Shown here: positions 33,039 to 44,949 of the stretch, piece after piece
Position numbering within the stretch: the first letter of the stretch is position 1
Layout: every line of letters starts with the position of its first letter
DNA from: Trypanosoma brucei
Taxonomy: Eukaryota
Assembly (NCBI GenBank): GCA_000002445.1
Contig: CP000068.1
Location: 384,001-448,000, forward strand
Reading direction: 5' to 3'
Length of the DNA: 64,000 nucleotides
The notes under the pieces: generated by a model
Database searches by the model: none
Seen by the model: the letters and a program-made list of their open reading frames with translations, nothing else
What the model was told of the DNA's origin: nothing
Translations under genes and position numbers: made by a program

Positions 33039-35280
33039 TGATGGGCATTATGTACGGATTATCCGAAATAAATAAATAAATAAATAATATATATATATAT
33101 ATATATGTATACAGCACTCTCTTCTTCCTTCCTTCTTTCCTTCTTTTACTTTTGTGACTCGTAACGAAACGAAAAAAAAAAGCAAAAGAAAAGAAACGAA
33201 AGGAAAAACGTATGTGTGTGTTTTGGGCGGGTGGCTTTGTCATTTTTTTTTACCCCTTTCATTTCTGCAGTGGTTTGTGTTTTATTCGTTTCTTTTCTTT
33301 TTCTTTTTCTTTTTTTAGTTCTATTAGCTCAATCACTCACTCATTCATTTGTTTATTCATTCTCATTCTCTTCTTCTTTTTTTTTCTCTCCTCCTTTTCG
33401 GTTAGTTGGTGGTTTATGTGTGTCTTTCTCTTTCTCTCTTTTTCTTTTTCTTTCTCTTTTCTCCATCCCATTTTTTTTTTATTTGAGTTATGAGTCCATT
33501 CCTTTCTTTTTTTTTTTCACTTGCGCACACATGTGCGAATATAAAATGTGAAGGGTACAACATATCTTCTTTTGTTTTTTTCTTGTTTGATCCATCATTT
33601 ATATGAGTGAAGCAAAAATCAGACGTGTTTGTGTTTGTGGAGGAATGGGTAGAGAAGAGAAGTAATTGAAAGTTTTTTCTTTTTTCTTTTTTTTAAAAAA
33701 AAAAAGAGAAAAGAAAGAAGGATGAGGCAAATAGAAAAAAGGAAAAAAAAAGAAGATAGAGAAAAGCACCAACAAGATAAGAAAAGGGAAGACGGATTGG
33801 TATGATGTGATGTTTTAATGAGAAAGTCGTGTGTTGAGGCAGGTTTTTCCTTTTCATTTTCCTTTTCCCCGTTTTTTTTATTGTTGTTGTTGTGGGATTC
33901 AACTTTTTTTTTTTTCGTTTTTAGATAATTATAATTTTAAATATTATTATTAATATTATTATTGTTGTTGTTGTTGGCTGGTTTGTTTGTTTGTTTGTTG
34001 TTGTGGTGTTTTTTGAGTTTGGTTTATTTTATGCTGCCGCACGTACATATATGTATATTTATTTATTTATTTATATGCATATGTGCACACACGTGTGTTT
34101 TTGTATAGACATATTTATACTTGCATGCGCGTGTATATGAAATTGATGGATGGGAACAAATGAATAAAATTAAGGGAAATATTGTTGTTTTTAAATGTAT
34201 TTTTATTACTGCTGCATATATTCGTTGCAGTAAGCGGGGTTCTCTCACCGTAGTATTCGCAGCAATCACAGAGCCGACTTCTTCCAAACCAAAAACTTGA
34301 GTTTCTGTGTTTTTGTGTTTTGTGTGTCTGTTTTTTTTTTTCCCCCGCCTTTTCACACTCTCACATTTCTCGCTGTGTCTTTTATTTTTATTTTTTATTT
34401 TGTCTCCCCTGTGTGATGTGGAAAGGCAGATATAAAAGAGATATGGAAGGAGAGAGGCACATGTATATATGTGTGAGTGTGAGTGTGAGTATGAATGTGT
34501 GTGTTTGTGATGAATAATAAAATGCAATAATTAAGGAGATTACAAAGGGAAATAATTAAAGGGGACGGGATAAAGAAAATAAAATAAAACAAAAGAAAAG
34601 GAAATAAAAGAAAAGGAAGAAGCTTGAGGAGAAATTTGTTGCTTTTATTTTATTTTATTTTATTATTTAAAGTATTTGCATTTTCCGGGCATTACTTATG
34701 CAACGCATGAAAGTGAAGGAAGAATGGGGAGAGGAAATGAGAGAAGGGGTGGGGATGATGTTTTTTTTTGTTTTGTTTGTGGTGGTGACGAATTAATATG
34801 CAAAGGGGGTGAAAGGTCTGACTTTTTGTTTTTTTTCCTTCGTTGTTATTGTTATTGTTATTGTTGTTAAGGGTGGAGGCGGTGGAAGGGATGAGGTAAT
34901 AACAATAAAATGAAAAAAAAGATCTTTTTTTTGTTTTTTTTTAAAAAAGAAAAGGGAACAAAGCAAAAAAAAAAGGGGGGGGGGTCGAGGGAGGAAAGAT
35001 GAAAAAGGGGGAAAAAGAAAAAGTGTTGTGACTTGCTTCGCCAACCGCTATGGAAGGTAAGCATTATGATGTGGTTGGCAGATGCGAAAAGATAAAAGAA
35101 CGGAAGGCGCATTAAATATATGATGGTGGTAGTGGTAGTGGTAGTGGTGGTGCGGATTATTCAAGGGGTTATATGGGCCATGCCAATTTGTCCCTCATTT
35201 TCTTTTTCCTTCTCTACGTTTTCGCTAACACTGCTATTCTACCAGGGCGCTATCCGCTTTGTTTTTTTTTCCTAAAGTTA

Positions 35281-35320
35281 TTATTATTATTATTATTATT
35301 ACTATTATCATTATTTTCTG
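35281..35320. repeat. (TTA)n-type microsatellite
   Basis: ttattattattattattattattactattatcattatt. Confidence 0.8.
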
Positions 35321-35695
35321 TCTTTTTTTTGTTTTCGTGTATATATATGTGTGTGTGTGTTTGTGTGTTCGCATGTGTGTGGACTGCTTGTAGGTAAAAC
35401 GGGGTGTATATGTAACCGGAGTTTCCATACCGGGCAATGGGTTCAGCCCGTGTCCCTTACACGTATTTTTTGGCTGTGAGGGGTCTCCTGTCAGCTGATG
35501 ATGATACCAAAGCTTTACCCTCTGATCTCTTTTATTTTATTTTATTTTTTTCTCCTTCCATGCGTATTTTCTTTTACAAAGTATCCCTTTTTGCATCCTC
35601 TTCTTCCTGCTTTACTGAGCTTTCCATCTTTTTTCTCTTTTTTTCTTTTTAAATCCCATTTATTTTATTGAAGGGTCACCTGAAGGCACCTGTTG

Positions 35696-36343
35696 ATGGA
35701 GCTTCTCAAGAAAACGGCAGCGCTTCGCATTGAGCAACAGACACTTAATATCCCACAGGAGGAGGTAACCAACATTTCATTAAGTGATGTGCCGTTACTT
35801 CCTGAGCGTATTGCGTGTTTTACAGCTCTTTCGCACCTCACTCTTGTCTCCATGAAACCAAAGTTGAAAACCCTTTTGGCGATACCTTTGGACACGCTGA
35901 AGTCGCTGCGAATGCTTGACGTAAGTGACAACAATATTACCGTTTCAGCGGATGAGACCCTTCCTGTGTATCCCACCATGCGGAAACTGTTTATTGCCAA
36001 TAACAAAATTAATCAGTGGAGCGAGATGGAGCGACTCGCTACCGCTTTCCCAAACGTCGAAGTACTCGATGCTGCGAATAATAATGCGTATGATTGTTCT
36101 CGCCGTGCTGAAGTGTTTGAACTGTTTCCAAAACTGTCAGTACTGGATTCCATGTCAAAGGACGGTAGGGAAGTGGCGGTTCTTGACACGGATGAGGATA
36201 GCAGTGATGAAGAAGATGGTGATGATGATGATGATGAAAGCTTCCAGTCGTTTGTTATTGGCGAGGAATGTGAAGATGATGGAAGTGAATCTGACAGCGA
36301 AGATGATGATGAACCCCCTTCTAAGGTTGTGCGAACGGAATAG
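35696..36343 (+). CDS. ANP32-like acidic leucine-rich nuclear phosphoprotein (LRR + LRRcap + acidic tail)
   Basis: N-terminal LRR repeats (LSHLTLVSMKPKL, LRMLDVSDNNIT, MRKLFIANNKIN). LRRcap-like YDCSRRAEVFELFPKLSVLD parallels ANP32 YRENVFKLLPQLTYLD. Long D/E-rich tail. The track start 35693 is TTG; ATG 35696 verified. Confidence 0.6.
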   Translation: MELLKKTAALRIEQQTLNIPQEEVTNISLSDVPLLPERIACFTALSHLTLVSMKPKLKTLLAIPLDTLKSLRMLDVSDNNITVSADETLPVYPTMRKLFIANNKINQWSEMERLATAFPNVEVLDAANNNAYDCSRRAEVFELFPKLSVLDSMSKDGREVAVLDTDEDSSDEEDGDDDDDESFQSFVIGEECEDDGSESDSEDDDEPPSKVVRTE

Positions 36344-36530
36344 ACGTTGTTGCGCCCCGAGACCATTGGATGCCAGAGGTTGTTTGTGATGTGCCTCGTC
36401 ATGCTGATGAAGCAGGGAAGAGTTGATCGAAGTTTGGCACGATTTATGGGGAAGTGGTGCGGCTGCGTTTATGTGATGTTCGCCGCGCTTGCCTGGCCCA
36501 ATTTTTGGTTTGCATACGAGCTTACCGATA

Positions 36531-36552
36531 CACACACACACACACACACGCA
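36531..36552. repeat. Microsatellite (CA)n
   Basis: acacacacacacacacacgcacag. Confidence 0.85.
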
Positions 36553-36919
36553 CAGATTTATAAATATGAATATAGATACATAACGCGCATAAGGTTCCGC
36601 TACTTTTGGAACGTTTGTGCGTGAATCACGGGTAACAAGAATCTTAGTGGGGATGCAATCTCTTTATTGTTCGAATCTACATGATAGCTCCGTGTGTGAG
36701 GGCTCTCCTCCCCCATTTTCACCCCACTTCCAACTGTCTCGCTTCAACTTCATTTTTTCTTCTTTCATTTTCGTGTGTCGTATATTTACTCACCCTCGCC
36801 CTTATCTTCACAAACACGCTAAGACGTCCACGTTTAGGACAAAGGTGTTTTTCGTGTGTATTTGAATAAAGTGACATTTCACACTGCGGAGGTTAACATT
36901 GCTTCTGGTGCGTGGGACC

Positions 36920-37693
36920 ATGTCACGCTACGATATCGGCAGCGAACCACCAGCTGAGGTTATTGCCGAAAACTACCGTGAAGTGCAGAAATGTATTCGG
37001 GAAGCAGCAGCCGAAGGTGCAGGCGGGGGGTCCGCTGACCGCGCTGTGAAACTTGTTGCCGTGAGTAAAACGAAATCGCCAGCATGCTTGCAGGCTTTGT
37101 ATGACTGTGGTCACCGTGATTTTGGAGAAAATTACGTGCAGGAAGTTGTGGAGAAGGCGGCGGTGCTCCCCGGTGATATCCACTGGCATTTCATTGGGCA
37201 TCTGCAAAGCAATAAGGTGAAGGAACTCCTCTCAGGCGTCAGTGGGCTTCAAATTGTGCAAACTGTCGACAGCGAATCACTTGCTCAGAAACTCGATAGC
37301 GGTTGTGTCTCGTACCGTGGTGGGCGACCGCTTGATGTTTACGTTCAGGTAAACACCAGTGGCGAAACCACAAAGAGTGGTGTGGAGCCGGGTAGTGCAA
37401 CAGTTGAACTCGCCCGCCACATTTCAACAAAGTGCCCAAACTTACGGCTAACGGGTTTGATGACTATAGGTATGCCGGACTACACGAGTAGGCCAGAGAA
37501 CTTTGAATGTCTGTTGCGATGCCGGGAGGAGGTGGCAGCGGCACTCAACCTCGATGCCACAACACTTGCGCTGTCCATGGGAATGAGTGGTGACTATACA
37601 AATGCCATCCGTATGGGATCAACAGTTGTACGTGTGGGAACCGGTCTGTTTGGTCAGCGCTATTATCCACCAAAGGATGGAGCAGCAAAGTAG
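36920..37693 (+). CDS. Pyridoxal-phosphate homeostasis protein (YggS/PROSC/PLPBP family)
   Basis: KLVAVSKTK (PLP-binding Lys), HFIGHLQSNK, and C-terminal MGMSGDYTNAIRMGSTVVRVGTGLFG are all family hallmarks. The track start 36899 is TTG; ATG 36920 verified. Confidence 0.85.
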   Translation: MSRYDIGSEPPAEVIAENYREVQKCIREAAAEGAGGGSADRAVKLVAVSKTKSPACLQALYDCGHRDFGENYVQEVVEKAAVLPGDIHWHFIGHLQSNKVKELLSGVSGLQIVQTVDSESLAQKLDSGCVSYRGGRPLDVYVQVNTSGETTKSGVEPGSATVELARHISTKCPNLRLTGLMTIGMPDYTSRPENFECLLRCREEVAAALNLDATTLALSMGMSGDYTNAIRMGSTVVRVGTGLFGQRYYPPKDGAAK

Positions 37694-38267
37694 GCATCCG
37701 TTTCGTGTGTGATATTGCTTTGTTTCGGGTATTCTTTTCTCCCTATGTGTGCGTGTGTGCACTCGTGTTTGCGTGGTTTGTTGAATAATGATTTCTTCTT
37801 GTGGACGTTTTTTGTTCGAGTTTCGCTATTTTTTTTTCCCCCTTCTCCCCCAAGTCGCACCACGGTTGGAAGAAAAGTGCTTGCGAGAAAGAGTGTGTTT
37901 GAAAATCTGTGAGTTTCTCAGTGTTGCGGCTCGGCATGTGGATGAGTTCTTGTCCTTCACGCGTGTTAAAAACAGCGACTAGGGCTTGTGACGTCCCTGC
38001 TTTGGTTTGTTGTTGGTTGTTATCCAGTAAGCGGGCGTTTATCTTTTCATGCACGTACGTTGTGTGCATTTGTGTGCGTGTATTTGGAGTTGCAAATTCG
38101 TTTTCATCGACGAACACTATGGGACAACAATTAAAACACACAGGCACTTAGGCCCACTTCTGCGGCGAGGTTCATGCGTCTTCTTTCATTTACTTCATTT
38201 TAATCCTTTCCCCCGTCATCACACGTAGGAAGACAATCACTTTCACTTTTTTTTAATAAAAAATTTC

Positions 38268-39686
38268 ATGTCGTGCGACACTGTCACAGTTGTTTTTGAC
38301 CTCCGCTATACTGACTGGGAGCTCTTCGACTCATCCAGGGAGGTTTTCATCACAACTGTGGGAAACTTGTTCGCTATTGCACTCTCCAACCTTTCTCAGA
38401 AGCAACCATATTCCTTGAGGCTTATGGCAACCTCTGGCACTTCGCTGCTTCCTGTGTACGACTCTGCCTGTGATCGCGACAATACAAAGAAAACAGGTAT
38501 TTTTAACGCTGACAAGAGTACCTGTGGGGGAAGCAGCAATGTGTTTGACGTCGTACGTTCTCTGTCCGAGCTGACCCCCGTTCGAAGTCCATCGCGTGAC
38601 ACGGACCGCCACGTTGTGGGTATCCTTCAGCGGCAACATAAGAACTACTCATCGGATAAGTTGCAGCACCATAGCTTAATCTTCTTCACAACCTTTACTA
38701 CGATTGGTGACTTTAGCAATTTGGTACATTCCACGGTACCTGCTGCACTACCCTTTTTGAATGATAGATGGGTGTCCATCCATCTTGACGCCACGGCCTT
38801 TACAACAACATCTCTTGCATTAACCCCCGCCACCCGATCCATTCGCTGCCCCATAGCACCTGCATGTATCCGAACGGCGCTTCAACAGGCACTTGCAACA
38901 GCACTTTCACCAGTGCTTCCATTGGTGCAGGTGTCGTTGCGTTATGGCCGCTACACTGTACCGTGCATTGCAAACAGAACATACTTTACCATTCCTGGCC
39001 GTTGCTGTGCAGCCAAGGATTTGGAAGACACCAACGATGTGGAGGAGAGGAACACTCTTGTATTTTGCGGTGGACGCGTGTGTTCTTCCGAGTATGAACG
39101 GGAGTACCATACAACACAGGAGCTGGTCTTAACAGCCAGTGGTATTGTTAACGCTGATGTGGTAGATGATGCTCATCTATATGGTGAGGCATGGGTGCTG
39201 CGTGGTTGCGAGTCACTGGGTGGTTATACTCGAAGTCCGGGGGAATGGTTACATCACCTCGCTACGGAGTTACGTGGGGACGCATTGCTCCTCCGAACGC
39301 AACAGCCACTTCTCAATCCGCCTCATCAGCTGGCATTTCCATCTTCTCTCTTCGTGGGTTTCTTCATGCGATCGGATGAGATGTACCTGCGGGCTGTCAT
39401 TCCGCCTGAACTTCGGGTTGAGCGGGTGGAGTCCATTGCCTTAAAGGCGAGCAACAGCGGAGGTGGAGGCCGGTTGGATCCCACTTTAGCCGCGGAGCTG
39501 CGGAAGGCAACGGAGGCGCTGAGAGACTGCCGCGGTGAAGTGGAGTTACGGCAACCTGTTGGCGTGTGTCGGGTATTAACACAACTACGGCTGAATCCGT
39601 CACTACAACTGCGCTTGGAGGCGTTGCAGACTGAAGGCGCTGTGCGGCGGACGCTTATCCGCCCCCTTCACTCTCACCGCAGGTGA
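38268..39686 (+). CDS. Hypothetical protein (472 aa)
   Basis: ATG 38268 verified; long ORF with coding-like composition preceded by a polypyrimidine tract; no motif recognised. Confidence 0.5.
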   Translation: MSCDTVTVVFDLRYTDWELFDSSREVFITTVGNLFAIALSNLSQKQPYSLRLMATSGTSLLPVYDSACDRDNTKKTGIFNADKSTCGGSSNVFDVVRSLSELTPVRSPSRDTDRHVVGILQRQHKNYSSDKLQHHSLIFFTTFTTIGDFSNLVHSTVPAALPFLNDRWVSIHLDATAFTTTSLALTPATRSIRCPIAPACIRTALQQALATALSPVLPLVQVSLRYGRYTVPCIANRTYFTIPGRCCAAKDLEDTNDVEERNTLVFCGGRVCSSEYEREYHTTQELVLTASGIVNADVVDDAHLYGEAWVLRGCESLGGYTRSPGEWLHHLATELRGDALLLRTQQPLLNPPHQLAFPSSLFVGFFMRSDEMYLRAVIPPELRVERVESIALKASNSGGGGRLDPTLAAELRKATEALRDCRGEVELRQPVGVCRVLTQLRLNPSLQLRLEALQTEGAVRRTLIRPLHSHRR

Positions 39687-40310
39687 CGCCATCTTTCCTT
39701 TGTGTTTTGTCTTTCGTTTGTCATTTCCGTGTCTCGAGCACATGCAAGCATGTGTTGTCCGCGACTACACTTCTGGCAGCGGTGTGGTGTACTTGTCCGT
39801 TTTGAGTTATTCGAGTGATCTTTTTTTTTCTTTTTTTTTTTTTACAGCCCTGGACGGACTCTTTTAAGAGCACAGAACACCGAAACGACCATATGCGTTC
39901 GCTTCTTTACAGATGATTGCCTTTTTCTCTTGCTTAACTGGGTTATTGCTGTGCACGAGAGTCTCTTCCCTTTTTCTTCATGTTTCTGTGCAAACATGAA
40001 TATGCCTCTATTTAATTTTATGTGCATTGATTATTTGTTTAACCTATTCATTTGGTGCCCGCGCATGACCCATTTCCTTTGTTGCAGCGCACATCTGGTG
40101 CGTGTTTTCACCTCTTTCCCTTTCCTCACTTCCGAGTAAGATAGACCCTATTTCCGTTTTGAATAAACAAAGTGGATGTACGCATAAATTACTGTATACA
40201 TGTGTAAATTGTGAAAAGGGGAGAATTACAGTTTGGGGGTGTGGAAATGTCGAAGAACAAAAAAGTATGCGGTCGTTTCTCCAGGTAATTCGAAAACGCT
40301 CTGCAGTGCT

Positions 40311-40421
40311 GTTTTTTTTTTCCTCCTTCCTTTCTATTATCATTTTGTACCGTCTTTATTACTATTATTATTATTATTTTCATTTTTTTTTCCCCATTTT
40401 GTTGCTACTTCCCTAAAATAT
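40311..40421 (+). promoter_or_regulatory. Polypyrimidine tract: predicted trans-splice acceptor region for the V-ATPase a-subunit mRNA
   Basis: T/C-rich run (gttttttttttcctccttcctttctattatcattttgtaccgtctttatt...ttttttttccccattttgttgctacttccc) about 180 nt upstream of ATG 40597, followed by AGs. Confidence 0.5.
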
Positions 40422-40596
40422 CATTACCCATTTACTTGTTTATTATCCAGTTATACACGAACTCACACACATACGGAGCGGTAGGAAGGAAAGGGATATA
40501 CAGGAAGAAGGGGTAGGGGAGAGAGTAACTAAGGCATCACCAGCAAGGAACAAAGTTAGTCAGGAGTACAAATACACGCAAGTTTCCTCACTCATC

Positions 40597-42948
40597 ATGT
40601 CAAGTGAAGCTGCTAGTGGCTTATGGCGCTCAGAGGACATGACACTGCTGCGGTTGACGATGCAGCGTGAGACGGCTCATGATTCAGTGCTGAAACTTGG
40701 GCAACTCGCCGCCTTTCAGTTCATCGACCTCAACAGTGACGTGAGCGCCTTCCAGCGAGATTTCGTGCAAGAGGTCCGGCGCTGTGATGGCATGGAGCGG
40801 AAGCTACGGTACCTTCATGATGAAATTGAGAAGGCAGGTCTTACATGCGTCTCTACGGAAGCCATTGGAAGAGAATCTTTGTTCGCGTTGGAGCACAAAA
40901 TTGATGAGTACGAGGGGGAACTTCGTGAGTTGAATGGGCAGTACCAGTCGCTGCTTGAGGAAAGTAATCGCACGCAGGAACATCTTGAGGTGCTTAGTCG
41001 CGAGTTTGGAAGTGGTATTAGGCAAAGCCCAGGGCTCAATCTTCTCACGGGTGTTATTCCAAAGGACCGTATCGCTACATTGGAGCGCCTGGTGTACCGC
41101 ATTACCCGCGGGAACTCTGTGTTGCACACCGATGAGATCACAACTCCCTTTTCTGAGGGAGAAAAGGAACGGATGGTTCAGAAATGTGTGTTTGGTGTTT
41201 ACTTCGCTACCCCACGGTTGTGGGAGAGTTTAAAGCGAATCAGCGAGGTGAATGGAGCTTCACTCTATCCATATGCTGAGAGCACCGAGCGATTGCAGTA
41301 CATGCGTGATACTCTCAACTCACAGCTAGAAACGATGAAGCATACGTTGCAGCAGTCTTTGCTGCGCCAACGGCACCTACTTACTTCCATATCACACAAC
41401 GTGTGCCAGTGGAGGCAGACGGTTGCTGTGGAGAAGTCAGTTTTCTCCACGATGAACATGTTAAAATTCAGTGGATCCACAGCGGTTGCTAAAGGTTGGG
41501 CCCCTGTGCGCTCCCTTGACCGGATACGCGCATCCCTGCAGGAGGCGGAGTACCTGAGCGGCGCCCAGGTGCTAACTATTGTTGAGGAAATTTCAACAAA
41601 AGAAAAACGTCCAACGTGCTTCTTCACCAACAAGTTCACAGTATGCTTCCAAAGTATTGTTGACAGCTACGGTATGGCCCGTTACAAAGAGGTCAACCCA
41701 GGCGTGCTCACCATTGTGACTTTTCCCTATCTTTTCGGTATCATGTACGGTGACATTGGGCATGGAGTTATGCTCACCCTCTTCGCTGCGTTCCTGCTTA
41801 TCAAGGAGAAGGACTGGGAAGGGAGGAAACTTAACGAGATATTTGCCATGATATTTGATGGTAGATATTTACTGCTGCTCATGGGGTTATTCGCTATTTA
41901 TGTTGGGTTTTTATACAACGACTTCTTTGGCTTCTCGGTAGACACGTTTCGCTCCGGTTATCAGTGGCCACCATTGAATGGTAACACACAAGAGGGCGAT
42001 ATGCAACCTTCGTCCCCGAGCGGGGTCACACCAGCGAGAAGTGTTATCTTTGGCATTGACTCAGCGTGGGCAGAGACGGAAAACAAGCTAGAGTTCTACA
42101 ACTCTGTAAAGATGAAGTGCTCTGTCATCATCGGTGTTGTCCAGATGGTTGCCGGTGTAATTCTGTCTCTGATGAACCACATTTACTTTGGGGACAGGAT
42201 TCAAATTTGGTTCCGCTTCGTTCCTGAAATCGTCTTCCTTCTGTGCACCTTTGGCTACATGTGCGTTCTCATAATCATCAAGTGGTGCACGAATTGGGAC
42301 CAACGTACTAGTGAAGCGCCATCACTGCTTGAAACAATGACAAACTTTTTTCTCCAGCCAGGAACGGTGAATGTACCGCTGTATAAAGGTCAGGAGTTTG
42401 TCCAAGTATTGCTTCTTCTAATTGCCTTTGCAATGGTGCCGATTCTTCTCTGTGCCATACCAATGCATGAAAAGAAGGAGCACGAGCGTAAAATGCGGCT
42501 GCAGGCACTGGCCCGTAGGAATGAGGATGAACGCCATGAAGGCAGTGAGGATGACTACGACGAAGATGAGAAATTTGACTTTAGTGAAGTTGTTATCCAT
42601 CAGGTTATTCACACTATTGAGTATGTACTTGGTTGTGTGTCTAACACCGCGTCGTACCTTCGTCTGTGGGCCCTCTCGCTTGCCCACTCGCAGCTTTCTG
42701 AGGTCTTCTGGAGCTTTACATTTCTTATGGCGTTGGATATGGACAAAGGCTCGGGCGTTTTCGTCTTCTTCGGCCTTTGCGTGTGGATGTGCGCGACGGT
42801 GGCCGTCCTTCTCGGCATGGAGTCTCTTTCCGCCTTTCTGCACGCCCTCCGTTTGCACTGGGTAGAGTTCAACAATAAATTCTACGCTGCTGATGGGTAT
42901 CCGTTCACCCCATTCAACATTGCTGAAGTGCTGAAGGAACTGGACTAA
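40597..42948 (+). CDS. V-type proton ATPase 116 kDa subunit a (Vph1/Stv1 family)
   Basis: N-terminal cytosolic coiled-coil domain then a multi-TM domain. NKFTVCFQSIVDSYGMARYKEVNPGVLTIVTFPYLFGIMYGDIGHG matches the V0 a-subunit core. C-terminal VEFNNKFYAADGYPFTPF is typical. ATG 40597 verified. Confidence 0.9.
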   Translation: MSSEAASGLWRSEDMTLLRLTMQRETAHDSVLKLGQLAAFQFIDLNSDVSAFQRDFVQEVRRCDGMERKLRYLHDEIEKAGLTCVSTEAIGRESLFALEHKIDEYEGELRELNGQYQSLLEESNRTQEHLEVLSREFGSGIRQSPGLNLLTGVIPKDRIATLERLVYRITRGNSVLHTDEITTPFSEGEKERMVQKCVFGVYFATPRLWESLKRISEVNGASLYPYAESTERLQYMRDTLNSQLETMKHTLQQSLLRQRHLLTSISHNVCQWRQTVAVEKSVFSTMNMLKFSGSTAVAKGWAPVRSLDRIRASLQEAEYLSGAQVLTIVEEISTKEKRPTCFFTNKFTVCFQSIVDSYGMARYKEVNPGVLTIVTFPYLFGIMYGDIGHGVMLTLFAAFLLIKEKDWEGRKLNEIFAMIFDGRYLLLLMGLFAIYVGFLYNDFFGFSVDTFRSGYQWPPLNGNTQEGDMQPSSPSGVTPARSVIFGIDSAWAETENKLEFYNSVKMKCSVIIGVVQMVAGVILSLMNHIYFGDRIQIWFRFVPEIVFLLCTFGYMCVLIIIKWCTNWDQRTSEAPSLLETMTNFFLQPGTVNVPLYKGQEFVQVLLLLIAFAMVPILLCAIPMHEKKEHERKMRLQALARRNEDERHEGSEDDYDEDEKFDFSEVVIHQVIHTIEYVLGCVSNTASYLRLWALSLAHSQLSEVFWSFTFLMALDMDKGSGVFVFFGLCVWMCATVAVLLGMESLSAFLHALRLHWVEFNNKFYAADGYPFTPFNIAEVLKELD

Positions 42949-43833
42949 ACCTCGCATGGCAGCGACCTCGTTATTTAGGTGAGGTTTCGGGGTCTGTGAG
43001 GGAGGAGGTGAAAACGTCCAATGCAAAGAGAATGCGTAAATGTGGAAGAAAAAGAGAGCGGATGGATTACGAAACAGGCGAACGAGCTACAAAAGAGAGA
43101 GGAGGAGGAGAATGTGTTCGTGCCTTTGGGAAGGGAATGCTCTTCCTGTGCTAATGCTCTTTATATTCAACAAAACGTACGAACTGACTCCCCGTGGTGT
43201 GGAGGGGTTGCTACTAAAAAAAATTTGCTATGAACAACTGTGGTTAGAGGAGGTGTGTGTGTGTATGTGTGTTTGGAGGAGGAGGATGAGGATGAGGAGA
43301 GGGAAAGGAAAGTGATATTCCGAAATGTGTGTTGCTTTTGGTTTGAGGGATAGAAGAACAAAGAAGAGTTGATTCACTGGTGATGATAAGGAAATACTGG
43401 GACCATGGTGGAGAGGGTTTGGAGCTCCTTCAACCAATTCGGAGGTGTGCACCTGTGTGCTTTGCTGTTGCTTGTTGCCTACCTGTATTTTTGTGATTCA
43501 TTGTTGCTGTAAAACAACAAAGGAGAGGAGTGCGAGAAACACAACGAACTTGCGTGGATGCGAGTGATGACAAATAATGATAGTAATAAATCAATACAAT
43601 GTGTTGGTTTACATACAGCCACCCACCCACATGCACACACGATGAGGTGGTGCGTGTCAAGGTGTTTGTTTGGTCGTTGTCCCTTACCATTCCTTATCAC
43701 AACCCTTCTCCTTTCTACTCACTTTTTTCCCTTTCTCGTTCCTGGCCCATGTGCGTTTTCATGCTCTGTGTTATATATATAATATATATGTGGCAGCAGC
43801 CCTTAGAGGGGACACCGGGTTCAACCTATTGAA

Positions 43834-44949
43834 ATGATGCGCCGCGTACTCCTCCGCTGCCCGCGGCCCCGGCGCAACAGTCCGTTAGCTTTCCAAAGCA
43901 CCTCGAGCCCTGTTACAAAGTGTCCCTTATCACCTAAGCTGCAAAGGCCGCTTCAAACGCCAACGGTTGTGGGTGAATCACGCGGTTGCCCAATGATTGG
44001 GACGGCTCCACACCTCAGTTGCCCTATCGAGAAGGAGCAACTTGGCCAATCAGTACAAGTTAGAGATGTCGTAACACAGTTGGGCAAGCTGAAGCTTTCA
44101 GCCTTTGTGACGGCCACGGCATTGGGTGGTTACGTGATTTGTGGCGGTACCAGCCCGTTGGTAATGGTTGCGGTAACGGTCGGTACGCTTCTACAGTGCT
44201 GTTCTGCCAATACAGCCAATCAGATTATTGAGGTGGAATATGACAGGATGATGAAACGAACCTGCCGACGGCCCCTTCCAATGGGGCTCATATCACGCAG
44301 AAGTGCTACCATTTTGTGTGCCGTGGAGTTACTCTCCGGCTCCTGTATTTTAGGTTCCGTCAGCCCAGCGGCCTCTGCGCTCGGGGCCTTCAACTGGCTG
44401 CTGTACGTGGCCGCGTACACCCCACTGAAGCGCGTGTCCGCCATCAATACGTGGGTGGGTTCCATCGTTGGCGGTATTCCGCCGCTAATGGGAGGAATTG
44501 CAGCCACCGGCACCATAACGGGCCCCGCTTATCTGCTGGGTTCGTTGCTGCTCGTCTGGCAAATACCACATTTTATGGGACTTAGTTTTCATTGCCGTCG
44601 TGACTACGAGGCTGCTGGGTACAAAATGCTGGCGTTTTATAACCCGTGGAGGGCTTCTTTCTACGCTGTATTGTTGTCTGTTATGATGGCTTTCATAACT
44701 CTTGCCGGCCCCGCACTTATCAACATGGCAGCTGAGGGTTGGTACTACCCGGTGGTGGCTGCTGCGAATGCCGTTATGATTTACAAGGCACTGTTATTTC
44801 ATTCGGACCCAAAGCGGCACTGCAGGGGTTGTTTTGTGTTTTCCTACATGTACCTCTCCGTCGTACTCGCCGTGCTGATGCTGAATCATTTGGAACCTGT
44901 GAAGCGGACGACGACCCTGTTTCAGCACTTCACTGCTGTTGCATTATAG
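43834..44949 (+). CDS. COX10: Protoheme IX farnesyltransferase (COX10, UbiA family), mitochondrial
   Basis: Basic N-terminus (MMRRVLLRCPRPRR). UbiA motif NQIIEVEYDRMMKRTCRRPLPMG and second Asp-rich region; multiple TM helices. ATG 43834 verified. Confidence 0.85.
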   Translation: MMRRVLLRCPRPRRNSPLAFQSTSSPVTKCPLSPKLQRPLQTPTVVGESRGCPMIGTAPHLSCPIEKEQLGQSVQVRDVVTQLGKLKLSAFVTATALGGYVICGGTSPLVMVAVTVGTLLQCCSANTANQIIEVEYDRMMKRTCRRPLPMGLISRRSATILCAVELLSGSCILGSVSPAASALGAFNWLLYVAAYTPLKRVSAINTWVGSIVGGIPPLMGGIAATGTITGPAYLLGSLLLVWQIPHFMGLSFHCRRDYEAAGYKMLAFYNPWRASFYAVLLSVMMAFITLAGPALINMAAEGWYYPVVAAANAVMIYKALLFHSDPKRHCRGCFVFSYMYLSVVLAVLMLNHLEPVKRTTTLFQHFTAVAL

